Positions 1 to 11,630 of a DNA stretch of 41,489 nucleotides are shown in pieces. A program made the position numbers and the translations under genes. Source of the stretch: Nemertoderma westbladi (Eukaryota > Animalia > Xenacoelomorpha); assembly GCA_032718475.1 (NCBI GenBank), contig JAUCBJ010003300.1, forward strand, positions 1-41,489. Direction: 5' to 3'. Every line of letters starts with the position of its first letter. Position 1 is the first letter of the stretch. The notes beneath the pieces are model-generated. The model was not told where the DNA came from. It saw only the letters and a program-made list of their open reading frames with translations, and made no database searches.

Positions 1-2214
1 GCAGGTCCGTGGACCTGGTTCGGATAACCCAGACATTAACCCAAATGGAACGGTACAACAGTCACAGTCTGGGCGGGTCGGTGGACCTGGTTCGGTTAAC
101 CCAGACATTAACCCAAATGGAACAGTACAAAGGTCGCAGTCTGGGCAGGTCGGTGGACCTGGTTCGGATAACCCAGACATTAACCCAAATGGAACAGTAC
201 AACGCTCGCAGTCTGGGCAGGTCGGTGGACCTGGTTGGGTTAACCCAGACATTTACCCACCAAATAGAACGGTACAAGGGTCGCAGTCTTGGCGGGTCGG
301 TGGACCTGGTTCGGTTAACCCAGACATTAACCCAAATAGAACGGTACAACGCTCGCAGTCTGGGCAGGTCGGTGGACCTGGTTCGGTTAACCCAGACATT
401 TACCCACCAAATAGAACGGTACAAGGGTCGCAGTCTGGGCGGGTCGGTGGACCTGGTTCGGTTAACCCAGACATTAACCCAAATAGAACGGTACAACGGT
501 CGCAGTCTGGGCCCCGGTCTCGACCTGGTTCGGTTAACCCAGACATTCACCCACCAAATAGAACGGTACAAGGGTCGCAGTCTGGGCAGGTCGGTGGACC
601 TGGTTCGGTTAACCCAGACATTAACCCCAATGGAACGGTACAACAGTCACAGTCTGGGTGGGTCGGTGGACCTGGTTCGGATAACCCAGACATTAACCCA
701 AATGGAACAATACAACGCTCGCAGTCTGGGCAGGTCGGTGGACCTGGTTCGGTTAACCCAGACATTTACCCACCAAATAGAACGGTACAACAGTCACAGT
801 TAGGGCGGGTCGGTGGACCTGGTTCGGATAACCCATACATTAACCCAAATGGGACAGTACAAAGGTCGCAGTCTGGGCAGGTCGGTGTACCTGGTTCGGT
901 TAACCCAGACATTAACCCAAATGGAACAGTACAAAGGTCGCAGTCTGGGCAGGTCGGTGTACCTGGTTCGGTTAACCCAGACATTAACCCAAATGAAACA
1001 GTACAGCGGTCGCAGTCTGGGCAGATCGGTGGACCTGGTTCGTTTAACTCATACATTAACCCAAATGGAACAGTACAAAGGTCGCAGTCTGGGCAGGTCG
1101 GTGTACCTGGTTCGGATAACCCAGACATTAACCCAAATGGAACAGTACAAAGGTCGCAGTCTGGGCAGGTCGGTGTACCTGGTTCGGTTAACCCAGACAT
1201 TAACCCAAATGGAACAGTACAACGGTCGCAGTCTGGGCAGATCGGTGGACCTGGTTCGGTTAACCCAGACATTAACCCAAATGGAACAGTACAACGGTCG
1301 CGTCGCAGTCTGGGCTGATCGGTGGACCTGGTTCGGTTAACCCATACATTAACCCAAATGGAACAGTACAAAGGTCGCAGTCTGGGCAGATCGGTGTACC
1401 TGGTTCGGTTAACCCAGACATTAACCCAAATGGAACAGTACAACGGTCGCAGTCTGGGCAGATCGGTGTACCTGGTTCGGTTAACCCAGACATTAACCCA
1501 AACGGAATGGTACAATGGTCGCAGTCTGGGCGGGTCGGTGGACCTGGTTCGGATAACCCAGACATTAACCCAAATGGAACAGTACAAAGGTCGCAGTCTG
1601 GGTAGGTTGGTGGACCTGGTTCGGTTAACCCAGACATTAACCCAAATGGAACGGTACAACGGTCGCAGTCTGGGCGGTCGGTCGACCTTGTTCGGATAAC
1701 CCAGACATTAACCCAAATGGAACGGTACAACGGTCGCAGTCTGGGTAGGTCGGTGGACCTGGTTCGGTTAACCCAGACATTTACCCACCAAATAGAACGG
1801 TACAAGGGTCGCAGTCTGGGCAGGTCGGTGGACCTGGTTCGGATAATCCATACATTAACCCAAATGGAGCAGTACAACGGTCGCAGTCTGGGCAGGTCGG
1901 TGAACCTGGTACGGTTAACCCAGACATTTACCCATCAAATAGAACGGTACAAGGGTCGCAGTCTGGGCAGGTCGGTGGACCTGGTTCGGATAACCCATAC
2001 ATTAACCCAAATGGAACAGTACAACGGTCGCAGTCTGGGCAGGTCGGTGGACCTGGATCGGTTAACCCATACATTAACCCAAATGGAACAGTACAAAGGT
2101 CGCAGTCTGGGCAGGTCGGTGTACCTGGTTCGGTTAACCCAGACATTAACCCAAATGGAACAGTACAACGGTCGCACTCTGGGTGGGTCGGTGGACCTGG
2201 TTCGGATAACCCAG
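1..2214. repeat. Tandem array of ~30 units of 72 bp (75-bp variant), running off the window start
   Basis: Unit GTCGGTGGACCTGGTTCGGTTAACCCAGACATTAACCCAAATGGAACAGTACAAAGGTCGCAGTCTGGGCAG recurs, with GTGGACC at 9, 81, 153, 225, 300, 372, 447 and onward. The 75-bp variant has TTTACCCACCAAATAGAACGG. The listed ORFs here simply translate the repeat. Confidence 0.97.
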
Positions 2215-2432
2215 GATCTGATCAAGAGCCACCTGACCAACTTCTACTAAGTAATGAGGACCCCAATAACATCCATCCAATCGAAGCGATTATAACCCGG
2301 ATTGATTGTTACAAATATATTTATATAAGTATTTTTATATATCTTATTTATATATTTATTACTGTACCCATATTGTTTCTTATCTTATTTATATATATAT
2401 TATTCCTATAATATTAATATTTATATATAATA

Positions 2433-2693
2433 TGTAGGTGTAGAAAGCACTTTAGAGCTAAGAGATATAGTGGTGGTGTTACTATATTCCATAAAACGAA
2501 TTTAACTGGGGCTGTTTCAGTGTTAGGAAAAGATGAAGACCTGATTTTTATAAATTTAGATAGCGTTGATCTTGATTTACCTAAAGATATATTACTATTA
2601 TATGCTCCCTATATCCAACCAGATGGCTCTACTTTGGTGCCCCTTCCCGACTTTTTAATAAAATTGAAGAAGGGCTGGCACGGTTTGGTGTAA
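2433..2693 (+). pseudogene. Fragment of a non-LTR retrotransposon (LINE) AP-like endonuclease domain
   Basis: Manual translation, not in the ORF track: CRKHFRAKRYSGGVTIFHKTNLTGAVSVLGKDEDLIFINLDSVDLDLPKDILLLYAPYIQPDGS..DF, then a frameshift to NKIEEGLARF. This matches the R-x-SGGV-x-I-x-x-K ... D-x-I-W/F ... YI-x-P-x-x-S ... F-x-x-L/I-E pattern of LINE ORF2 endonucleases. Truncated before GDFN. Confidence 0.6.
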
Positions 2694-2967
2694 ATAAAGA
2701 ATTAATTTTACAACAACTATTACTATCCCATACAACTACCCCATGTATTACACTTTATTTCCGATCTTTGCAGTATTTTTGTGCTTATTTTGTGTTAAAT
2801 GCGGTTCCGGTTCGTGAGTTGGCTAGTAATTAAGTCCTTGTAGGTCTATAACTAGTGACGGTGACGGGTTGTTCTTTTCATTTTCATATTTCTTATGTGC
2901 AATTTACAACAATAGCATTAGGTTGCTTGTTGGAGTTTCTATGATAACAATATACTACACTATAATA

Positions 2968-3262
2968 TCTAACCATTCAGCTAGCGGCTTAGGAAAAAGA
3001 TAGACCTGGAAATACTATATGATACCTTGTATGTCCGCAATTTACCTCCTCATGGCCTCCCATCTGTCAATACCATCATATGCTGCCACTATGCTCATTG
3101 TAGCGAGTGGTTAAAGACGGCCACTGTAGGGTTGAGCACAGTGCCAGCATATGATGCTATTGACAGATGGGAGGCCATGAGGGGGTAAATTGCGGACATA
3201 GAAGGTATCAGGTAGTATTTCCAGGTCTATCTTTTACCTGAGCCGCTAGCTGAATGGTTAGA
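2968..3262. repeat. Long inverted repeat: ~130-bp arms, 35-bp spacer
   Basis: 2968-3097 (TCTAACCATTCAGCTAGCGG...ATGCTCA) is the reverse complement of 3133-3262 (TGAGCAC...GCTAGCTGAATGGTTAGA), with about 9 scattered mismatches counted by eye. Confidence 0.93.
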
Positions 3263-3311
3263 GCGTGAGACTTCCAACTCGGAGGTTACCAGTTCGATCC
3301 CACCTGGATGT
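3240..3311 (+). other. tRNA-derived sequence (SINE-head-like or tRNA pseudogene) with Pol III A and B boxes
   Basis: A-box/D-arm-like TAGCTGAATGGTTAGAGC, loop CTTCCAA and B-box-like GTTCGATCCC at tRNA spacing. The anticodon, T and acceptor stems pair poorly, so it is not a functional tRNA. Confidence 0.55.
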
Positions 3312-4908
3312 CTTTTCCGACTAAGCAAAAGATGTACCCAACAAACAGTTATAAATCTTTTGCTGGCACTCCAGAATGCTATGCTATGGTCATTGTCAAG
3401 GTAGAGACATAAATATCCTTCTCCAACTTACTTTCCCCAACTTACTTTCACCGCGAGGAGCAGCCCATACCCGATATAATGCTTTGGCGAAGAGTATATG
3501 CAAAACCCAAGATTTTCGGGGAACAACTCGTAAATGATACTGGACAGGGAGATGCTGATGGACAATCTTGCGAAAGTTATGGGCTAAAGGGAGTTGTGGC
3601 GGTGTAGTTTTGTTGATAATTTGGCATTGCATTCTTAAAGCAGCTGCAATGCAGCATGCTGTGCCGATTACGGTTAGATAGATTGATCCTACGACTGTAC
3701 ACAGACTGGTGGCGATAAATAATCTGCTGGGCGGGGGATCCAAGAGAGCATGTCGCATTGAAGGACACTAAATTGCAAGCCATCACACATGGATTTAATT
3801 TCCAAATATTTTTGTTTGACCTTTAGTTGCTATGAAAACCTATGAAAAACATTTACAATGCAAGTCCTATTAAAATCAATCTGGTAGCAGAAGTAATGAA
3901 TCACCAGTAAAAAATGATACCAATTTTGTCTTTGCTGATTGCATTGGTATCATCGGAAGGTGCTGAGAAGTTACACACTTTGAAGGAGCTACCTCTATCT
4001 ATAATTGTTATTTTTTAATAGAAGATGAAACTCTCCACAGTAAATCTCTCCACAAATGTCGATTGTTATAAATATCAACACTTCTCTGGCTGGGGGTGAA
4101 ACTGTCTGGGCTATCACCACTGTGACCTATGTGTGTTTGCAGGGTTTGTCGGGACGAGTGATCGGCTACAACGGGCCTACAATGCCACAAAGAAACTACT
4201 CAAAGAGGCTTTTCGCTATTTAGTCAGTTTTGGACAGGGAGAACTGGCGAGTGAGAGAGCGAGGGGAGTCGCCACAGAACTGTTTGAATTGTGGCGGTCT
4301 GGGGTGATGGAGCCAGACGTAGTGTACGTAGAGCCTTACTTAGTGGATGCTAGGGGAATTAAGTTAGTGGGTTGGGCGGACCCACACGACGGCGAACCCG
4401 AGGTTAACACCGAGGATTCAGTGTCGTCGGTTAGCGAGAACCCCAGAAAGCGGGGGAAAGTTAGTAGGACAGAGAGGCGACGGGAGTCTGTCGTGACTGA
4501 TAAGTCCGCTACATCCTCCGCAAAAGCAAGAAGGGTGTTAGAGATAGATCTGGCGTGTCAACTAGACCTTGTAGCGCTGGATCAGAAGGAGTTGGAGAGG
4601 CAACTAGACGAGGGAACCGCATTATTAGAGAAAGAGCGAGAGTTATCGAGATAGTGTAAAGAGAGGGCCGAGAGGGTGGTGAGAAACGGTAGGGAGCGGG
4701 AAGAGAGAGAGGTAAACGAGCGTGAGGAGCGGAAGGCGAGAATAGAAAACGAGCGCAAAGAGCGAGAAGCGAAAGAGGCAGCGAGGGTAGAAAGGGAAAT
4801 GAATGAGTGCAAAAAGCGAGAAGCGGAAGAGGCAGCGAGGGTAGAGAGGGAAAAGAATGAGCGTAGAGAGCGGGAGGCGAGGGAGGCAGAATTAGCAAAC
4901 CAAAGTTT

Positions 4909-4944
<36 letters not shown>

Positions 4945-5269
4945 CGTAAAGCGTATGCGGGATGATATGCATACCCGGCTAAGGGGGCTTATGCAATACC
5001 AGGTGAAGCAAAAGCGCTGGTTAGAACTGGCGAAGTTGGGATTATCGGAGAATGAGGCTGGTTCGGGTAGTGTTTACGAGGAGCCAGAAGTAATGGAAAC
5101 GTTTGTAAATACCCCACTTACGGGTACCGGACGACAGACCCAGGACTGGTGTAAGTGTACGGGCGGGCAGGGTAACAATAATACGTTAGAAGGAATTAAT
5201 ATTAATAGTACCGTAGTAGATAACCCTAATCAAACTTTTGTTGCAGGAAATACTATTTTACACGGTAAT

Positions 5270-5490
5270 AATAATTCTGATTTAAATGTGCAAAATAATC
5301 CAAATAATACTAATTTAAATGTGCAAAATAATCCAAATAATAATTCTAATTTAAATGTGCAAAATAATCCAAATAATTCTAATTTAAATGTGCAAAATAA
5401 TCCAAATAATAATCCTAATTTAAATGTGCAAAATAATACAAATAATTATAATTTAAATGTGCAAAATATTCCAAATAATAGCCCTAATTC
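5270..5490 (+). repeat. In-frame tandem repeat encoding NLNVQNNPNN(N) within gag of element A
   Basis: Six copies of TTTAAATGTGCAAAAT with variable AAT tracts. The reading frame is preserved. Confidence 0.9.
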
Positions 5491-5636
5491 TGAACAAAAT
5501 AATTTAAATTATTTAAATTATTTAGATAACAATGTTGCGTTAAATAATAATCCCGGGGAAATTAATCAAAATAATATTGTTAATAACGGTGCTATTAATA
5601 CGAACGTAGGGGAGACAGGTGGTCCGACCAGCGAGA

Positions 5637-5857
5637 GCCTGCAAGGCTACATAGTTACGCAGGGAGTAGCGGGGGTGAGTCAACCCAATGGGAGCCTGCA
5701 AGGCCACGTAGTTACGCAGGGAGAGCGGGGGTGAGTCAACCCAATGATGGCCTGCAAGGCCACGCAGTCGCACAGGGAGTAGCGGGGGTGAGTCAACCCA
5801 CCGGGAGGCTGCAAGGCCACGCAGTCGCACAGGGAGAGGCGGGGGTGAGTAGACCCA
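5637..5857 (+). repeat. Four 57-bp tandem units within gag of element A
   Basis: G(C/G)CTGCAAGGC starts at 5637, 5694, 5750 and 5807. The unit encodes about SLQGHVVTQGVAGVSQPNG. A 1-nt deletion in unit 2 causes the frameshift near 5725. Confidence 0.9.
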
Positions 5858-7989
5858 GCCAGGGTAGAGATAGTGCATCGACTAGAGAGGGGCGTAGAAG
5901 CGAAGTGGGAGGTAGGGAAGTAAGAGGTGGCGAATGGGGGGGGGGGGGGCTACAGGCACCCCACCACGAGAGATCAGTGGCGAGAGGGGGGGGGGGGTAG
6001 AGAATGTCCCACAAGTGTCGGCGGACAATGCGCGTGGCGAGTTAGGCGAACCGCGAAACCCGACGACAGAGAATAGTAGGGGGATTGCGAGTATCCCCAG
6101 GAGCGTCCAACCGGGTAGAGAGAGAGAGAGAGGTTGGCACCGTGAGCAGGCGAGCGACAGGACGTCGAGCCCAGTCGGAAGATGGAAGAAGAACAGTGGA
6201 GTTTATCCCGGAGGTCGAAGAGAGATCTCACGAGCGGGATCGCTACACTGAAGAGAGAAGAAGTGAAGAGAATAGAAGAAGCGTTGCTACAAGCAACCGG
6301 AGAGGAAGGACGGACAGTGAACCGTTGGTAGCAGAGATGGAGTTAGAGAGTCAGTGGGGTCGAACTCCGGGAGATTGCAGTCGCCCCGGAGAGACGCAGC
6401 CTGGTGAGATATACCACACACCGGGAGAAGGGTACAGGATGTACCGGTATGAGGACGAGGACAGGAGATGGGATTGAAGAGAAACTTCCCGACGGGACGT
6501 AGCTGCTGATCGAGAGTACGGTAGTCGCAGGGAGGACTTCTTGGAATATTCGACACAGGACACAGGCAGACTGCAGGATATACTGTAGGCCTTACTGCAC
6601 ATACTATAGGCCATGCTGGAAGAGATAGTATAAGCGATAGGGTAGCGCGGACAATGGGATTAGATCCAGAAGTCGCAGCATACATACCGGTAGATAGGCA
6701 AGGAGTGGATAGGCCTATACCGGTACCTGCACACCAGTATGACTATAATATGCAAGGATATAACATATACCCAGGGGAGGGGGGAGCTATTGCCGATAGA
6801 GGTTTGGGCCCTAACATAGTAACATCAAGCCCAATACCAAATATAACACCTGTGGGGGGGGGGACAGGGTGACATTCCCCCATTACAATATCAGCAATAT
6901 ACTCAACCAAGAACAAAAACCCCAAACCCCTCGGACCAAAATAGATCATGTGATACAGAGATATGGAGGGGGCCTTTACCCCCAATGATATATCCGACGC
7001 AAAGGAGGTCGACAGGCCCGACGGGCGAACCGCTCCCAGCAGCAGGGGAATCTGTACAGCATCCATCGAGCGCACTAGAAGTACAAGCGATGGGAATGGC
7101 AACACTCATCGATACGCTTAAGACCAGGATCGAGCTGCCACCAGTGGAGCCGTTCAAATTCGATGGAAGCAAACCGGAGGAGTATCTGCAATTCCGGCGT
7201 ATGTACAGTAACGAGATATTGACAAAGAATCGGACCCAGGCGGAGTGCCTAAAATACTTACAAGTTTACACAGGGGGGCCAGCATACGACATCGTAAGGC
7301 AGTACCAAGGCATCGAGGGTGGATTCACGACTGCATGGTCGGCCCTAGACAGGGAATTCGGACACCCTGCTAAGATCATCCGGCAAACCTTGAGGGGAAT
7401 AACATCAGGTGGACTAGAGGATAACCCTGTCAGCATCAAGACTTTCGCGAATAAAGTCGAAAAGGCGCTGATTGTGCTGAAGACCTTGGATGCGCCTTAC
7501 GAACTCAACGCATCAAATAACATCACCACAATAGCGCAGCCACTGCCGATCTGGCTAAGAAATAAGTGGAGGAAGATCACCTTCTCCACGCGGGAGAAGA
7601 AAGGTGCGGAACCAGGCCTAGAGGAAATGTCGAACTTCCTCAATTATGAGGCGGAACTAATCATGGACCCAGTCTACAGCGAGGATAGTCTGGGGAGGGC
7701 ACCGAGGACCAAATACAACAGGCCGAAACCAGAACATAGTGCGGCAAATGCCTTACCAAAGTTGAGACAGTCGCTACCATACGCGGTGACACAGGGGACT
7801 ACAAGTCCACAGATAGCTGGGAATAGGGCCACACTGTGGCACGAACAGGGCAAAATAATAACATGAACAAATATAATCCCAACACACCCAGGAGGGGGGA
7901 TCCAAATAACCAAAACACTAGACTGGTAGATGTGAATCTACGCACAATACGTGTAGGGCTATACAAGGAACATTACAACCCAGGATACA

Positions 7990-8720
7990 AATGTCAATTG
8001 CATAGAGATGGAACCCATAAGACCATGGACTGTAAGCAATGGCAGGTATTACTCGAACAAGATCGGATAGCCTACGCTGATAAGAATTGAATTTGTCACT
8101 GATGTGTGGTAGGAGGACACAGAGTTGAAGAGTGTAAGGAGACACCAATAAGATTCGGTCAAGGCAAAGGTCAAACGATGGCGACAAGCACCATAGGAGT
8201 GAAGAAAAGGGGAACGGTACTACTCGGGGTGGTACCGGTAAGAGTGATGGGAGAAGGCGGCCGATCAGTCACGACATTGATGCTGGTCGACAGCGGAGCA
8301 GCCTTCATGCTGGTGGAGAATTGGGTGGCCGAGGAGATAGGGTTACAGACGAGGCCGAGTAGGATGGCAGTAACTACAATCTCGAGCAAGGATGAGGTCC
8401 TGGAAATGAGAACGGGAATGTGCGAGATATCAGCAATAGCACCAGGATGTGATTATGGGGCGACCATCGACCCCATTCAAATAATAGAATTGATTAATAT
8501 AAACGCCATGTGACCCACTAGGATCGAGGTCGAGCAATACCGGTTCCTGGACGATATCGATTTCTCAATACCGGAAGTGGACGTCTCGAAGGTATACATC
8601 ATAGTGGGAATGGATTGTCCGACGGCCCACGAGAGAGTACGGACCATATTCGGGGAGAACAGGCAGCACGATCTGATGGCGATTCTCACGCCGTTCGGAT
8701 GGATGCTTAGCGGGCCCAAT
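7990..8720 (+). pseudogene. BEL Zn knuckles and aspartic protease of element A, disrupted
   Basis: CQLH...H...C, then ICH*CVVGGHRVEEC. The protease region reads VLLGVVPVRV...LMLVDSGAAF, followed by AILTPFGWMLSGP. Several in-frame stops. Confidence 0.85.
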
Positions 8721-8763
8721 TAAAACCAAAATTCCATTCAGGGTGTAGGAGACATCAGGGTGC

Positions 8764-11630
8764 ATGTTCGCAGGGACAATGAGGGAGATGCAGGATGAAG
8801 GAGCAGAGGAGCAGCTTAAGAGGCTGTTGAAGCAGGACTTCGAAGGACTAAAGGAGGCCGGGGTTGGAACCTCGGTAGAAGATAAACAAGCTATAGAGAG
8901 CGTAAAGGAGTCGATGAAGTGCGAAGGGGGACGGTACACCATAGGAATGGTGTGGAAAAAACCAAAGATACCGTTACCGGATAACAAAGGGATAGTACTC
9001 ACGAGGCTTCGCAAACTGAAACAGACACTCAGTCAGAGCCCCGAGAAGGGCGAGTACGTTGAGAAGGGATGGGCCGTGGAGTTACCGGTCGACGAGCCAA
9101 ACACGGACAGAACCTACTATCTGCCACTGCACGTGGCTTTAGATCCAAAGAAGGGTAAACTGCGGATGGTGGTCGACGCGTCGGCCAAAACAAATGGCAA
9201 AAGCCTGAATGACTATCTGCTAGAGGGCCCCAACATCTACAACTCGGGGATAGAGGTCCTGTTGAGGTTCAGAAATGGGAGGCACGCCTTTACGTGCGAC
9301 ATTGAAGGCATGTTCAACCAAGTCCGTGTGACGGAACAGGACAGCGACAGTCAGCACTTCCTATGGTACAATGGCGACGAAGAACCGTCTGAGATACCGA
9401 TATACAAAATGGTGGTGCAAAACATGGAGGCCAAGTCGTCCTCATTTATAACAACTATGGCTGTGAGAGATATGGTAGAGGGCAAGGAAGGAGAGTATAG
9501 TGCGAAGGCGATCGACATGATTCGACGCGGTTTCTATGTAGATGACGGAATGGGATCTGGAAACAAGGTTGAAGAAATACTGGAGATAGGGCGCGAGGTT
9601 CACGACATCCTAAAAGGATCCGGGTTCAACCGCACTAAGTTCCAGTCCAGCTCCGAGGAATTCATGAAAGCCATAGAAGACAAGCGACCAGAGTCGACCA
9701 TGGACAACCCCACAACAGCAAAGGGACAGGATATGGCGAACAAGAGAGTTCTGTCTCAGCAAAAGGCGCTAGGGATCGTGTGGAACCGGGAGACGGACGA
9801 ATTGGAGTATCAACTGAGCCAAGAGGGTGCAGAGATCCACACTAAGCGGGGCTATGTATCATACATAGCAAGAATATACAATCCCCTAGGCCTAGCATCC
9901 CCATTGTTAGTCACGGGGAAGCAAATACTAAAGAAAGTATACAAGTTAAAGGATGAGTGGGATACGGAGGTCCCGGAAGAAATAAGTAGACAGTGGAGTA
10001 AGGGGACGGGAAGTCTAGAGGAGATGGGGACGTACAGCATGCCACGCGTGCATTTCCCGTACGGAGACATGACAGACCTGGATCTACACATGTTTTCCAA
10101 TGCATCCTTGGAAGCATATGGAGCGGCACTTTATTTGGTACAGCGAAAGGGGGCTCATAAGCCCAGACTTGCATTTAGTAAAGCGAAGTTGACGCCACCA
10201 GATTCAGCGTCAGTGCCGAAACTCGAGCTGACAGCTGCGAGGTTAGGAGTAAGGGCCACAGCTTACTTGATGGACACTATTCCCAACATAGTGGAGACAC
10301 ACTACTGGGCGGACTCCATGTTAGTGCTAGGGTGTCTACATAACGAGAAGACGAGATACCCTATATTCGTCATGAATAGGGTAGACGAGATAAGGGCGAC
10401 GACTGACCTAGAAAGGTGGCATTATTGTCCTACCGACGACAATCCAGCAGATCTGTTATCAAGGGGCATTGCACGCCACACTTTCTCAAAGAAGGAAGAG
10501 TTGTGGCAGCACGGGCCACACTTCCAGAGCGATAGGTTGGCCTGGCGACCAATGAGGAAGGTGGACCCAGGCTCAGAGAAAGTAGTAGCAGAAGAGGAGG
10601 GGGAGGTTTCAGAAGGGGAAGAGATATACAGCCAGTTGGTGAGGGAGATCAAGGAAGTGCCACCGAAATCAGAAGAACCATGCGATAATCCGACGGACAG
10701 GTTGCTCAGTTACAGCTCCAGCTGGTATAAGACTAAGAAGTTGGTAGCGTATTGGAGGGCCTACGGGGATTTCCTTAGGGGAATTGGCAAGGATGCCAAA
10801 AGGAAACTGACCATCGACCTGGAAGGAGTGGCTAAAGCCATAATACAATACAAGCAAAGAAAGGAGTACGCCGACGAAGTGGACAGAGTCAGCAAGCAAC
10901 AACACCTTCATCGAGACAGCAAACTCAACACATTGTCCCCGCAGTTGAACGAAGATGGGATTCTGGTGATGAATTCCAGGGTGGTGAACAACAACAGCTT
11001 AGTTATCCTACCGAAACCCATAATAATCCCCAATAAATCACCAATAGTCCATCAGATCATATGGGACTCGCACAAATCGATACTACACGGAGGCACGAAT
11101 CAGACCCTCACGGAGATACGAAGGATGTTCTGGATCACCCAACTTAGGAAGAAGGTGAAAGCAGTAGTGGGGCAGTGCCAGACCTTACGACAGACGAGAA
11201 AGGAGAGGGCCGTACAGGAGATGGCGCCATTACAGGCCAACAGAGTGAGACATCACGACCTGCCATTCACGCACTGCGGCGTGGACATGTTTGGGCCGAT
11301 TAAGATAAAGGTGATGCGGCACACGGAGAAACACTACGGCATTATCTTCGTCTGCAACAACACAAGAGCGGTGGGAATAGAACTTGCGAAAGACGCTACG
11401 GCATCCGCATTTATTAATGCCTTAGAAAGATTTGTAAGCAGCAAATAGGGAACACTCAAGGTGATATATTCAGATAACGGGACCAACTTCGTGGGAGCGG
11501 TGAACGAGTTGGCCGAGGCCTTCGACATCCTAGAGGGAGAAGATCTCAGGGTGGCCATGAGAAAACAGAACGCCGTACGCGCCACATACGTTAGGGTGTG
11601 TAGAGAGACTTGTCGGAAGTTCCAAGCGAA
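8764..11630 (+). pseudogene. pol: BEL/Pao pol (RT, RNase H, integrase) of element A, degenerate and 3'-truncated
   Basis: YYLPLH, LRMVVDAS, CDIEGMFNQV, FYVDD, SKAKL..SVPKLEL, YWADS, NPADLLSRG, H..LH...C, GVDMFGP. After the TAG at 11446 come IYSDNGTNFVGA and a frameshifted PYAPHTLGCVERLV. Conserved residues are altered (FSNAS, YNPLG, CQTL). Confidence 0.93.

Larger units (their letters stand above)
4133..7866 (+). pseudogene. gag: BEL/Pao gag, disrupted
   Basis: ORFs 4133-4654 and 4676-5734 are in the same frame, separated by one TAG. They carry the EDSVSSV...SSAKARR motif and an E/R-rich coil. ORF 6985-7866 has the gag core IELPPVEPFKFDGSKPEEYLQF...LKYL...GPAYDIV...AWSALDREFGHP. Confidence 0.85.
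4133..11630 (+). mobile_element. Degenerate BEL/Pao LTR retrotransposon internal region (element A); LTRs not found
   Basis: Colinear gag N-terminus, DUF1759-like gag core, Zn knuckles, protease, RT, RNase H and integrase in BEL order, broken by stops and frameshifts. Confidence 0.93.

Noticed and set aside
1-2214. CRISPR array, or genuine proteins from the listed repeat ORFs (MDLVRLTQ..., MYRSIWV..., MSGLTEPG...)
   Set aside because: Units are contiguous with no unique spacers and no cas genes, and the context is eukaryotic. The listed ORFs are by-products of a stop-poor repeat.
3240-3311. Functional tRNA-Gly(TCC)
   Set aside because: The acceptor, anticodon and T stems do not pair properly; only the promoter boxes are recognisable.
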